NCBI GenBank assembly: GCA_904063045.1 | Contig: CAJFCJ010000007.1 | Span: forward strand, 1,508,873-1,572,872 | Length of the DNA stretch: 64,000 nucleotides | From: Dimorphilus gyrociliatus | Taxonomy: Eukaryota; Animalia; Annelida | Direction of reading: 5' to 3' | The notes under the pieces: generated by a model | Told to the model about the DNA's origin: nothing | Database searches by the model: none | What the model saw: the letters and a program-made list of their open reading frames with translations, nothing else | Program-made: the position numbers and the translations under genes | In this document: positions 38,064 to 50,449 of the stretch, piece after piece | Layout of the letters: each line of letters opens with the position of its first letter | Position numbering within the stretch: position 1 is the first letter of the stretch

Positions 38064-41000
38064 CTATTTGATGCAGTTTTCTTTGCAGAATACTGACCCG
38101 TTCTGTAAATAAAAATTATATTATTCAATTGTAATTATTGAATAAGGAAATACGATTAATGTCTTTAAAAAGTTTCCATCTACCGGTTTTTTCTCTTTAG
38201 TATTTACACGGTAGATGGCGCTCATATGACTGATGTTTGACAATGTTATTATTAGATAATAAGTATATGTTGTATATATTTAGGTCTTTAAAGTTTTAAA
38301 TAGAAAGACTTACATTACAAGAACAAACTGTACAGTCATCTGACCTCCATTGCAGAGAGTGTCTTCTTATCAAATTATCGTGTATACAATTTCTATGGTT
38401 GAAATTTGTTGATACGCAAATTGGACAACAAGTATCAGGCCGATATATTTGTTTGTCTTTTGAACAATTCAATTTTGGACAAACCACAGGAGAGCAGTCG
38501 ACGAAACCATTCTAAACAAAATATTTAGCCATTAATTAATTAATTAAACTTAATTAAGCGTACTTAAATAAAAATATCTATCAAAATACTGTAGAGTTGT
38601 TTTGATATATTAAAAAATGGAGGAAACTTACGAAACATTGACAAATTTTACAATTGTTTTTCCATTCAAGTCGACTTGGCCTTCTTATTCCATGCTCATC
38701 TAAACATATCTTTTCCTTGCGACTGCATTGACTTTTACAACAATTTCTCGTATCTTTGCCACATTGGCATTCATCATAACGACTTTGTATTGTCCCATTC
38801 TAAAGATAGAAATAAACAAAAATATTATATTTAGAAAGATCGTTTGATTTATTAGAATGGACTTACAATGCAAGTCATCGTTCTACAAGACTCTTCTCTT
38901 TTCCATTTATCTGTATGATTGTGATACAATCCTTCATCCATGCATCCTTTGAAGTTTGAACCTTCTGCTTTACATTCAAAACTTCCCTCTCTATTCACGC
39001 ACCGAGTTCCAAAAGGACAAGGTGATTTAGTTTTACATTCATCTATGTCTACGCATTCTTTGTTCGACTTTTGTCTTTCAAAACCTATTTTACAGTTGCA
39101 TTCATAAGAACCAAATGTGTTCTTGCACAATGAATTTTTTCCGCAAATCGAACTTCTTTGTAAACATTCGTCAATATCTACCAAAGTTTTTTTTGTTTAC
39201 ATTTAAAATTTTACTGAAATGGTAAAAAGAACTATACCTTTTCCACACAACCTTCCGTTAAATCCTTTTTTACACTTACAAGTATTCCACCCAACACATA
39301 AACCTCCGTTTCGACAGTCTTCTGTACATATTGCTAAAATTAAAACAACACTATTTATAGACGGTAAATATAGGTTTAAGTATTCGCTTACGTCGACACA
39401 TTCTACCGTCGCCGTCATAGCCAGGTAAGCATTCGCAAACTTTGTTAATACATTTGGCGTTCGAGTTGCACTGAGAATCTTCTTTGCACGATCTTATATC
39501 AACACACTGCCCGTGACGATTGTCGTATCCAGTTGCACAATTACATTGGTAGGAACCTGGTATGTTTAAGCAGGAATGAGGATAGGGACATTTTTCGTAT
39601 GTTTCACATTCGTTTATATCAATGCATCGTCGACCGTCTCCTCTATAGCCTTTTTTGCACTTGCACTGAGCCTCACCCAAATGTATGTGACAAACAGCGT
39701 TTCTCGAACATCCAGCCGCTTTACAGGCATCTTTTTTGCAATATCGTCTACAACAAGAATTTGGAACCCATACAGGATTGGAACACTTCAACTTTACAGG
39801 ACAATGTTCTCTCTTAGTCCTACTTATTCTCATGCCGTTACTGCATTCCCATTTTTCGCAAACGTTTGATCTAATGGTTGTCCAAGTTTCTCCTTCGAAA
39901 CGATGGGCGAAACCCGATTTTACTGGACAATGCTCTGAAAAATAAACGCGTGGGCGTTAAGAAGGAAAGAAGAGGGTCAACGAGTGCGTTGGCGGCAAAT
40001 TGGGCAAGTGGGTTAAATATATGTTCAGCAATTGATTCAATCAGTCGATTGGCTCGCTTCGTGGGTGTGACTAGATAAGCGCTCAGTTCACGAGACCGTT
40101 ATAGAGAGCAAGTGACGTCATGGGGGGCCTATTTCCGAGTGCGATGTTTGCTGATAAGTTTTCGCGGAGATCTATTTATAGAAAAAAAGTACAACGCACT
40201 TGAGCAACGTTCACAGCAATCACTTGGTCCTCTGTACGTCCCATAAAGACAGTTTTCCAGTTTAGGACAAACTTCTCTCAAGTTCAATCTCTTAACGAAG
40301 CCATTTCGACATTCGTACCCCAAGCATTGCTTATCATGAAATTTTTCCAAGTTTCTATACTGTTTACCATTATGAAGACAATATTTTCCAGATTCGGTTT
40401 CTTTTACCCATTTAAGAGTCGACTCTGCTGAAGTTAACCTTTTTTCTAATTCTTCTATACGCTGCTCCATTCTTTTTGTTAGTTCTACGAGATTGTGAAA
40501 TTGTTCACAGGAGGGACAAGCTATTTATAAAAAAAACATAATATAGCTATATATATATATATATCGATGTTCACTTTTATCAAATTGTGCTATCTTGAGA
40601 AGAGAACTTACGAATATTCGAATTCGGACATTGTATTGAGTATCCATTACTACCGCTCACTATTATCATTTCTTTCAAATAACCCTGAAAGTTAGAAATA
40701 GTTAATAAATTAGAGAAATTAACTAAATTTTAATTTTCAAAACTTCTACTTACTTTAAAATATTGTGCAACTCTCAAATTGGGATAATTACTGTTGTCAA
40801 TACTGATTAGACTGCTAAAAGAAGTCGGTCGTCGATAAACTACAGAGCAATTGACTCTCATTTCTACGTGATTAGGCGAGAAGGAAAGCGCCAGTCGATG
40901 AAGGTTACCATCGGCCAGCCGATAGCTTAAAACTTCGGTCAAATCTCCTCCAATGTTAATTCTAACTTCGTCTTTTATGCCGCTTATTTCTAAGCGGAAC

Positions 41001-41801
41001 ATAGAACCTAAGGTGAGAATAGAAGTCGTCGTAAGGGGACTTTGTCGAAAACTAATGAGCAGCGTGGAATGAGGTCTGGAAAAAAGATCCGCAGCTTTCC
41101 GAGCAGTTTTACTCGAACTCTCAAAGAGGAAGTCGTTAATAGCAGAAACGGTATGAGTGGAACCGTGGAGGAGGATTCGTTCGACTAGATCCAGTGGTTC
41201 ATCCGGCGAAAAGCCATTGTCTGTCAAGGACACATATTTCTGTCATTTTGGATAATTAACCGAATTCTAACCGAAAGGAATGTGTTTTATTAAACGCCGT
41301 GGGGGATTATTTGGCGATGTAAACGTCAATATTTACCGGGAATGCGTCTATTAGGCTATCGGTAGCAAAATGGAGTAGAAAAGCGCGATCATTTACCGTG
41401 TAAACGGCAAGTGATTGAGTGTACACATTCGGGAATAGCAACATGTCACTTACAACAAGCGATTCAGTGTGAAAGACGAGTATAATGAATGAGAAGAATG
41501 TTATTGAAAAAATGTCGTGAAAATTTAGTTATGCCTTTTCCCAAACGACATACCGCAACAATAAATGTTTATTCCCTAAACGCATTTTATTATTTATTAT
41601 CAATTATAAGAAATTATAAACAATTATAAATTAATTTATAGTTTAAGAAATCTTAAATAGCTACTTTCGGTATGTTTCACAACTTGTAAAAACTTTTATA
41701 CAATATAATAATTAAGAAGATAACTACTCACCTATACCAAATGAACAAATGAACTGAAAGAAGAAAACAACAAAGCCGATAGTCTTATATAATTTGTTCA
41801 T
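38064..41801 (-). CDS. NELL: NELL1/NELL2-like secreted protein (signal peptide, TSPN/LamG, coiled coil, vWC repeats, 6 EGF-like, C-terminal vWC)
   Basis: MNKLYKTIGFVVFFFQFICSFGI signal; TSPN with YRLADGNLHRLALSF...VNCSVVY; coiled coil MEQRIEELEKRL; vWC CC motifs; Ca-binding EGFs (DINEC, DIDEC); ends NGSVFCKENCIK*. Confidence 0.88.
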
Positions 41802-42087
41802 CTCCAGATCGGGATCGTCGAGGCCGACAGCATGCCCCCGTTTGGCATCCTTTCATTATCTTGGGCGCCACCTAGTTCTGGAATTCACGTGTTTACGCCA
41901 AGTGAAAAAGATTTGAAAAAGCTTCAATTGCCGATTCATTTGTTCAATTCAAATCGATTGAAGAAGCTAAAAAAGTTCGATTGTGCTCTTTAAATTGAGT
42001 CCGATTTTGTAGGCAATTTACTTGTCTTCAATTCGCCCCACATTCTTCTAAATAAATACTCTTACATATACAACTTAACAGTCATTG

Positions 42088-42098
42088 TTATATATATT

Positions 42099-42129
<31 letters not shown>

Positions 42130-42153
42130 AATTTATATTTATATATATATATA

Positions 42154-42187
<34 letters not shown>

Positions 42188-42218
42188 TTATTTATTTATT
42201 TATTTATTTATATTTATA
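42088..42218. repeat. Compound (TA)n/(TTTA)n microsatellite
   Basis: About 130 bp of near-pure AT dinucleotide and TTTA tetranucleotide repeats between the NELL 5' end and the ODF3-b 3' end. Confidence 0.95.
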
Positions 42219-42723
42219 AAATAGGATATTTAGAAAATTAATCTAATTTTTTCACTATAAAACTATTTAATACTATATAATTATTTCGAAAATCTTTTCT
42301 ATAATATATAAAAAATCACGTGTTTGTTATACTTGTGTTACGTTCGTAATTAACTTTTTATATATAGTATAATATAAAATGACGATCTACGCCAGCGAGT
42401 ACAACTTACATCGGTACGTATGTTAATTTATTTTTAGGGATATACAGGTATAAATAGTAAGTGCTGAGTTTTAATTAATCGTAAATACTTATAGCTACGT
42501 CATTAAGTTTTAGTTGTCGAAATCATAACAGAAACTATCCTGGATAATAGGCCTAATTATTTTTCGTAAAGTGTATTGACAAATGTCGTTTAATATCGCC
42601 GTCACAGCACTCGATTTGGCAAGTTTAGCGAAAATATAAATTTTTGCAGATATATAAAATACTGAAAATATTCAAAATTATAAAAATCAAACTCTCGGAC
42701 ATAACACCATTTTGTAAGTCTCC

Positions 42724-43646
42724 TTATCCCTCGATATCGCTAAATATTATAGGAGCAGTATATGGGCTGTGATGGACACCAAATGAGAATGATGGAGCTA
42801 TAGCTTTGTTAATGACGACCTAATACAAACAAATAAAATTATTTATAAATTTACATAACTTAAAATAAGATTACCCTTTCTGGTGAATGTGCTCCTGGGC
42901 CCGGCTTCCTGGTGGCGTCACCTAGTAGAAATATTTACTGTTACAATATAACTTTTTCTGAAAAGATTATGGTGTCACCTGGTGGAACATGACGACTTGT
43001 CAAACTATATAATGGATCTCTTCGCCTGTATGAGTTCGGATCAGCAGTGCGATAAGTTCCTGGACCCGGAGTTTTTTGTAAATCTTCATCAAATCCCCCT
43101 GTTTTGGATCTTCCATACAGGCTATATCTTGGCGCCTGCTCCTTATCTCCTTCGAAGGATTTACCAAGAAGGGTTGGCAGAGAATAATTATTAGGAGCAG
43201 GATTACTGTCTTCCCTTCTTAAGTTTGTTCTCTTCCCTAAAGAAAACGATGGAGCTCTAGGGGATGCCGATGGCCCAGCATTTTCCGGGGAATAAGTTCC
43301 GGGTCCGGGTGGTTTAAAATACTTGGGAGTTTTTGGTCGGGATTTTTGAGTAAAACTGTAAAGCTCCCGTTATAAAACACATTCTAATTTAGTTAACTTT
43401 TATATACCTCGGAGTACCATCTCGGCCATAACGAGTATGTCTCGCAGAGGGATAGTGTACAGGCCCTGGACTCGAATCCTTTGTTAAATGCCCGTGTCTA
43501 ATTCCGAATTGCCAAGCAGGCCCTCGATCTTTCGAAACATCATGCCTTTGAAACCCGACTGTTGATGGTAAATTATAGGAGGCGGGACCTGGGCTGTTAT
43601 ATTCAGCCATAATAGGCTGTCTTGGTCTCGTTGGTGTGTATACCAT
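42724..43646 (-). CDS. ODF3: ODF3-like / SHIPPO1 paralog b; 4 exons
   Basis: MVYTPTRPRQPIMAEYNSPGPASY, DSSPGPVHY, PPGPGTYSPE, PAPNNY, GGFDEDLQKTPGPGTY, GDATRKPGPGAHSPER|V; ends PIIFSDIEG*. Confidence 0.9.
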
Positions 43647-43722
43647 TTCCCTATTTGGAATATTTATCAGATCATAAGCAATCAAATATTTTCATAAAAA
43701 ATATTTCGATAAGATACCAATG

Positions 43723-43735
43723 GTACTTAAGTAAC
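43723..43735. promoter_or_regulatory. RFX X-box-like motif GTACTTAAGTAAC ~77 bp upstream of the ODF3-b ATG
   Basis: Matches GTHNYY-N(0-3)-RRNAAC, next to a gene family whose members are ciliary. Confidence 0.55.
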
Positions 43736-44928
43736 ATCAACGTCATCATAATAAAGTGCTCTTTTATTTATACCGAAAGAGAAGATTAACTCGTCCATAA
43801 ATCAATTAATAATATTCAATAATTGTGATATATTATTTCTCTCTAGTAATACACTAAGTGCTGAACAAAAAGACCTTCGGGCAAAGGATTATGTATAAAT
43901 TTCCTAATCCATTGGTCCTAAAGATCGAACGTTTTAAGTGTTTGCACACCACTTCTTAATTCCAGACTATATACGCCTTCTCAAGTGTTATTTATACACC
44001 ATTCGCGCTGGTTTGATGTTTTATTACCTGTCCTAATCTGATTTTTTGTTATACTTTCAATCATGGAGGTGTAAAGCTGATTCATCTTTTTTTTTATGTA
44101 TATATATATATATATACAAAAACTGATATCTTTACGAATACAATTTTCAATGAATGGGTAACAAACACAAGCATTGCACAATAAAATTGCTGACATCTCG
44201 AACTTTTCACCTTTGTAGCTATAGTGATCAAAATTATCAGGCCTACTATAAGACGTAAGCGAGAATCTAATCAGTTGATAATTTCAAGAATTTTCAAACT
44301 ATTGTCCAATTACTGGTTAAATAAGTTACATTTCATATGATTAGGTTGTCATAACAATGATATCTCCGATCAGCTTATCGTAAAAAATATGTAATTTTTT
44401 AATAGAATTTTGAAGGGGTGAAAAATTTAAAGTGAACATCGTTGAAATTCATTGAATAGTAAAAGTATTTCATATTTAAAAAAGCATTTATAACAACTTC
44501 CGATCATAATAGACACAAAAATGTTGAATAGAAAGAAGTCGGTAAAGTTTGAGACTTTGAGCAAACATTTATTAAGTTAATCTTATTTGTTAAGCTAAAA
44601 GTGAAGTAATAAAATGATTTCATTGCTACCTTTTTATTGCAGCTTAGAAATTAACTAACCTTATACGTCGCCGTCAAAACGATGTCGAAAATGAAATAAG
44701 CTATTAGGTCTCCTAGGAAACTACAGTAGATGGCGCTGTTTGAATTACGATAATAAAGGGATTAATAGACGGATTAAGTGACGTCTATGTGTAACTAAGT
44801 GCCATACAACCCCTTTCGTAGGCGAGTAATAAGATTATGTTTCTTTTAAATGGATATTTCATTTAGAACTTTATTAGCAGATAATTATATTAATCATAAA
44901 GGCAACGACTACAAAAGACATGAAATAG

Positions 44929-46470
44929 TTAGTTGAGTTCATCCATTTGAGGAAAATATTTAACAAAAATGTCTTCGTGTACTTTTTTAAATTCTTTTAA
45001 TCGCCTTTTCTTCTCCTTTAAACTCATTTTGGTGTCATCGAGTACTTGGTTAATGAGAACGGCTAATGATTCTTCTGTACAATTTTTAATTCGATCTTCA
45101 TATTCATTCACATGTACCTTTTCACAAAATTGAGTAATAACATCTTCATCGCATGATTTACCACACGCTAATGCCAAAACTCGCTTTTGTACTCTTCTTC
45201 TAACGAATTCGGGCACTCGAAATATATGTTCAACATGGCGACTCATAAATGAAACAAGTTGAATTCTCTGATGGGAAGTTAGAAGTTTGTTTTTTAAAAT
45301 GGCGTCACTAAAAGCTCTCTCTACGACAACTCTATTTGTCTCCGTCCGACTTAGCTGTACTGAATTGTCGTCGGAGGCTATTGACATAAATTTCAAAATT
45401 CTCTTTAATTTTTCTCTCTCTGAGGGTGCTAATATCAATATGGCTAATTGTAATGCTTGAATGGTGTCGTTTCGCTTTTCTTGCATGATAAGTCCATATA
45501 TACAAACATGCAGATCGGCGAATATGGGGGGCCATACAGACGTAGGTGTCTTTTCTAAATGTTGTCTTAATACGTGAAACAGTTGAAGACGACCCGCTGT
45601 ACCTGAACAATCAATGTTCGAGCAACTCAATTCTAAACATTCAATACATTCAAGTGCTGATTCCTTCCATTGATCTTCATCCTCATGCATACAAACAGAG
45701 GATAGAGAATAATCTGCTTTTCCCTGAAAAGCAAGATTAGTCACCCCCGTAGTAGAAGTTTGAGGAACCTCATAGCTTAGAATCGAATCCAGTATAGGTA
45801 AATCTACAATACGTAAGAGATACGATAGCGCAACATCACGCCAAATATCTTCGGCTGCTGTTATGATAGAAAAAAGATAATAGAGATTTTATTTTCTTTA
45901 TTTGATAACTTACTGTTTGTATCGATAAGAGATTCCGTTGTCCTCCTAGACTTTTTTCGAAGATAAGGAGTTAACGAATACGACCCTCTTAAACTGCTTT
46001 TTCTAGTTACTGAGCTAAAGGCCGATTCATTAACAGTTTTTAATTTTGGAGAAGCGTAACTGTTTTCCTTATTTTCACAAATTCCTTCAGGTAGTTTGTA
46101 AAATCTATGAGAATTATCCTCAAAGATAGCACTCTGCTTGTCCTGAAATGTAGACGCAGACGAGACAACGCTAAATATCTCTTGAGAGTCTAAAAGAAGT
46201 TGACAAAGCTTAATAGCTTTTGCTCTTGATATAGGCTGAGTGAGAACTGCCCTATTCATTTCAAGAGTATCTAGAACTACGTCTACTATTGCTGTTCCAG
46301 AGAAGCAGTATTCATAATGCCGCAGGCGAACTCTACGTTTCTTAATTTCCACTCTCTCATGAACACTATTTACGACTTCTTTCCATAGATTTGTAGCTTT
46401 AAAAGGGCCCACTAGAAAAAAATACAGAAATATATATTAATGAAAATAACAGTTATTTTCTAATCTTACT
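44929..46470 (-). CDS. DEPDC7: DEP domain-containing protein 7-like (DEP plus RhoGAP-like domain); may extend 5' to ~46924
   Basis: PFKATNLWKEVVNSV...EIKKRRVRLRHYEYCFSGTAIVDVV (DEP), LRIVDLPILDSIL, LQLAILILAPSEREKLKRILKFM, ERAFSDAIL, LKEKKRRLKEFKKVHEDIF match DEPDC7/DEPDC1 family features. Confidence 0.85.
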
Positions 46471-47612
46471 GTCAAAATGTTCTAGTCCCGTTAAAAACTA
46501 AAAAGCGAATGATCGTTAAAGTCTAAATTATATAACTGAGGCTCTATTGACCGTTGAAATCACCGATGCTGAGAAACACTATTGAAAGACTTTTTAATAG
46601 CATCAGATAACAGACAATAACCGGTTGCAAATACAATACTCTAAAGGACAAACTGCCACTGATCTTAAGCTTTCGGCGAAAGTTTTCGTTTCAATCAGTA
46701 GACTAACACTTTTAGCTCTTGTTAACACTTTCTCTTGGTGATTTCATAAAAAAATTTAAATCCAAACACTGACACTTTAACAACATACCTCTAATGTTAG
46801 AATTCAAACTTATTGAACTGCTATTTAACTTCTGCATACTTTTCCCTCTTCGGTTACAAGTTTTGCGAAAAAAAGATTTAAACTTAAATAAATCAAGTAT
46901 CGTAGATCTTTTCTTAAGCGACATTTCCGATTGAATGACGTTAGAATATAACCAAAATGACTTGAGGGAAGTAACTTTAAATGACTTGAATACCATTAAC
47001 TTAAACGACGTTAATTATACAATACAATGACTGCTGTGTTGACGCTACTTTCTCTTGTTTTCCTTTTGAATATGATAGTCTCGAAACTCTAATCAAGACT
47101 CTCCTATGTTAATTTGGTCGTTTTAAAATATTATAATGCTAAAACGTTATTTGAAGTATTTTTGTATTATTTGAATTAACAATAAAATAAAATTGCCATA
47201 AAAAAAGCACACCTGACGATGGTACGTTAAAATGCACATAAGAAATAGAGATTAAGTTATAATTTTCATTAAACTATGAAAGTATCACAACATAAATATC
47301 TACATAAATATAGAATGTTGATAATATACCATCCATAGCGATAACTTTCAGGCTTTCCACAAAAAACACTGATCACTTAGCTAGCCCACTTTAAACAGCC
47401 GCCATCTAACTTACCTGGTAATGTGGTTCTTGTCTAAAACTAACAAAACTCGAATAATTTTTCAATGATAAACTTAAATTCTTTATTGTAAAATTTAGAT
47501 AGTTTAAATTAATTTCGTTCCGATTAATTTTCGTGTTTTTAATCAATATTTTAATAAAAGTTCTTTCAGTAAGATTTAAAAAATTTAGTAGTACCCTAAT
47601 TTGGTAACAAAC

Positions 47613-48434
47613 ATGTCTTGCAAGATTGATGTTTCGGGTTTTACCGAACTACCGAAACTATCTTCAAATGAGGAGTATCTTGCTTTGAAAAAAAAATATT
47701 TTGTACATCTTGAGAATATGAAAGACATCATTGAGGAAAAACTTCATCCAGAGTGGCCTGACTATTTACCTTTAGCTCTCCTTTGCTTAATTCCCCCTAC
47801 ATCACCGGAATTTGGCAAAATAGGAGAATATCTTAGGAAAATGACAAATCATGCGGCTCTGTCATTGATTTACACTTGCCAAATGTTTGAAAAAAACGAA
47901 GTATTAATAAGAAATCCTAATGGAATGGAAATGGCTCAAGAAAAGCCTTATTCATGGGATGATTATCTTACCTTTTGGGGTAAACATTATATGAGATTAA
48001 ATGACAATGAATGTGCAAATGTCAAAGAAGCTGGCTGTAAACTTATTCAGGATGCTAAAGACCTTTTTAAGCGAAATCCTCGAAGAGAGACTATAAGATT
48101 ATTTTCATCTCGCTTGCAATCAATTTTCCCCCAAAGTAGACCAAAACGTGATGCAGCAAATTCAGGGACACATGACAAGGACGGTCGTAAGGACACACGT
48201 AAAAGAAGAACATGCAGAATTAATCAATTTTATGATCATAAAGGAAGACTGAAAAAAAGTGGTCTGGATTTGTGCGACTGTTTAGATGTTCATTGCCCAG
48301 GATGTGCCTATGAGCAATGCCCACAGTGTGAATCTTATAAATGTGTGTATGAATGTAGGATAAATAGAAAATATGTCCCACATAATTATTCAGATGAACA
48401 TGGAAACATTCTTAATAAATTTCCTGTTCAGTAA
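47613..48434 (+). CDS. ARL14EP: ARL14 effector protein-like (ARF7EP_C Cys-rich domain), intronless
   Basis: C-terminal YDHKGRLKKSGLDLCDCLDVHCPGC...CPQCESYKC...CRINRK matches the ARL14EP Cys cluster ([25 protein letters not shown]...CPACGSTKC..ECR). The N-terminal part is divergent. Confidence 0.8.
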   Translation: MSCKIDVSGFTELPKLSSNEEYLALKKKYFVHLENMKDIIEEKLHPEWPDYLPLALLCLIPPTSPEFGKIGEYLRKMTNHAALSLIYTCQMFEKNEVLIRNPNGMEMAQEKPYSWDDYLTFWGKHYMRLNDNECANVKEAGCKLIQDAKDLFKRNPRRETIRLFSSRLQSIFPQSRPKRDAANSGTHDKDGRKDTRKRRTCRINQFYDHKGRLKKSGLDLCDCLDVHCPGCAYEQCPQCESYKCVYECRINRKYVPHNYSDEHGNILNKFPVQ

Positions 48435-48561
48435 GAGTTCTTTTATGTTCTCTATGGGATTTAGTAGTACCCATTACTAATGAAAATATATTGAGAAATC
48501 TTACGAAATACGTTATAGTACTTTTAAAAAATAATATACAATAAAATACAAATCAGTTAAG

Positions 48562-50449
48562 ATGAGTGAACAACAAAATAATGATGATCTCCCTAAAAGA
48601 TCCAGCCCAAAGCCGATTAAAACTTCAGATGTGGAAACTTCGCCTGATTCGAAAAAACAAAGAAGTGCTTCTCCGAGTTTCTCTAACTCAAGCGATCATT
48701 CAAACCCGTTTATGGTTAAGCGTTAGTGCCTTCTATTCGAATATTCGAGAACTTTTTTTAAAAATCATAATTTCTTAATTTAGCATCTCCGCCTCAATAT
48801 GTGATATTAGAAGAAATTATGAAAGCTGCGGAAGGAGTGAACAATATGGCGTTGGCTCATGAGATTGCTGTTAATTCGGAATTTACAGTACAGAAGCCTG
48901 AGCTATCCGAGAATAGGTATATGGAAGATATTTTCTCTTCTTGTCTAACTATAAATGTCTCTTATAAGTGTGTCGAAAAAAGTTGAAGAAATAATGAAGA
49001 AAGCTTTTTGGGATAGTTTAGAAGAAAAATTAAAGCAGGAAAAGCCAGACTATTCACATGTCCTAGTTTTAATGCAAGAAGTCAAAGAAGTAAGGAAAGA
49101 AATTTCCAATTATACACCTAATATTTATTCAGTTTTTTGTTGCTAGACAACAGAGACTTTATTACCCCAGCATAGTCCAACTTTGAAAAATCAACTAAAC
49201 GAATTTATGGATCTTGAACTTATTAAACAAGAGATGGAGAACGATTGCTTTGAAATACAGAAAACAGTTAAATTCATACTTGAGCTTCTCTCAAAAATAT
49301 GTGCCCCTGTTCGAGATGAAGAGATAGCTGAAATAAGAAATACTGAAGGAGTCGTCGACATTCTGAAGTAATTAATAAAATAATTGTTTATGAATTTATT
49401 ACATTATGAATACATTTCTTTTTCAGAGGAATATTTAAGCTTTTAGAAAATATGAAGTTAGATTTCACAAACTTTACTATTCAGCAAGTTAGACCAATTA
49501 TTCAAAAGCAAAGCGCTGAGTACGAAAGAGAAAAATTTCAACAATTTCTAAAAGTACAAGCAGAGCACGGAATTGATGGTTTAGTATATACGAAAAAATG
49601 GATAGAAAATACTCATAAGCGTTTAAATGATCAGGAAAATACACAAAATGCTTCCGCTGGTATCATGCCTCAAGAGTTATTGACTGAAGCTTTCCTTGAT
49701 CTCCTCGATAGAGCTCCCAATGAGGAATATCCAGAGGTATTTTATATGTGAAATTGTACTAATAATGATATTTCAAATCTATTGAATAGACGCTGTTAAT
49801 GGACGCAGCGCGTCTCACCGCGATATCAGATAAAACAAGACGGCTAGTTTTAATGGCCTCCATCGTCTTAATGACTTTCAACTCTGTTGGTGCGTCTATA
49901 GCTGGCTTAGAACAATTAAAACTAGATCTTCGTTCTCATATGGAATCTATTATGTCTGATTTCGCCTTTTCCGATATTAAAGAAAAAATTTCGTCCAACG
50001 TTTGTGAGCAAGTGGTCAAAGACGTTGATGATGCTCTACAGAAGCATGGCTTTTCTAAGTTAACCAGCGAAAAGAGTGACTTACTAAAACATAATGTGCA
50101 ACATACTTTTGATAGTGATTCCCCTGTGAGAAAAATTTTGTGGCAACGATTTAGAAGCTTTCTTAAAGGACTACTACTCACATTTTCTATGTCACAAGGA
50201 CAAGTGAAGATACCTCAAGGTTATATACTTGAAGTAATCGCTATTTACAATTATAATTTTATTAACTCTTCAATAGGTCTAAGTGTCGTAGCAGAACCTC
50301 TTGGAATTATATCTGGTCAACTGATACACCTATGCAGACACAACAGATCTACTTTTGGAGCTTATTACGCTGATATAATAAAATCTCTACTTCAAATACC
50401 GGCAGATGGCGGCCCTTCCGTATCGACCTCAAAAACTGCTAATGTTTAA
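48562..50449 (+). CDS. TCP11: T-complex protein 11-like (TCP11/SOK1 family); ~7 exons
   Basis: SPPQYVILEEIMKAA...NMALAHEIAVN, IMKKAFWDSLEEKL, CAPVRDEEI, MKLDFTNFTIQQVRP, YEREKF, LLMDAARL, FGAYYADII. Confidence 0.9.

Noticed and set aside
41470-41500. TGAAAGACG, resembling the miR-71 5' end
   Set aside because: Only the seed matches and no complementary arm forms a hairpin.
43768-43790. AGAGAAGATTA, resembling the U6 snRNA core
   Set aside because: Flanks do not match U6 and there is no U6 5' stem or 3' U-tail.
43981-44196. 71-aa minus-strand ORF
   Set aside because: Contains a (TA)n microsatellite and has intergenic composition.
47408-47422. ACTTACCTGG, resembling the U1 snRNA 5' end
   Set aside because: Downstream sequence is not U1; better explained as a splice donor or X-box-like palindrome.
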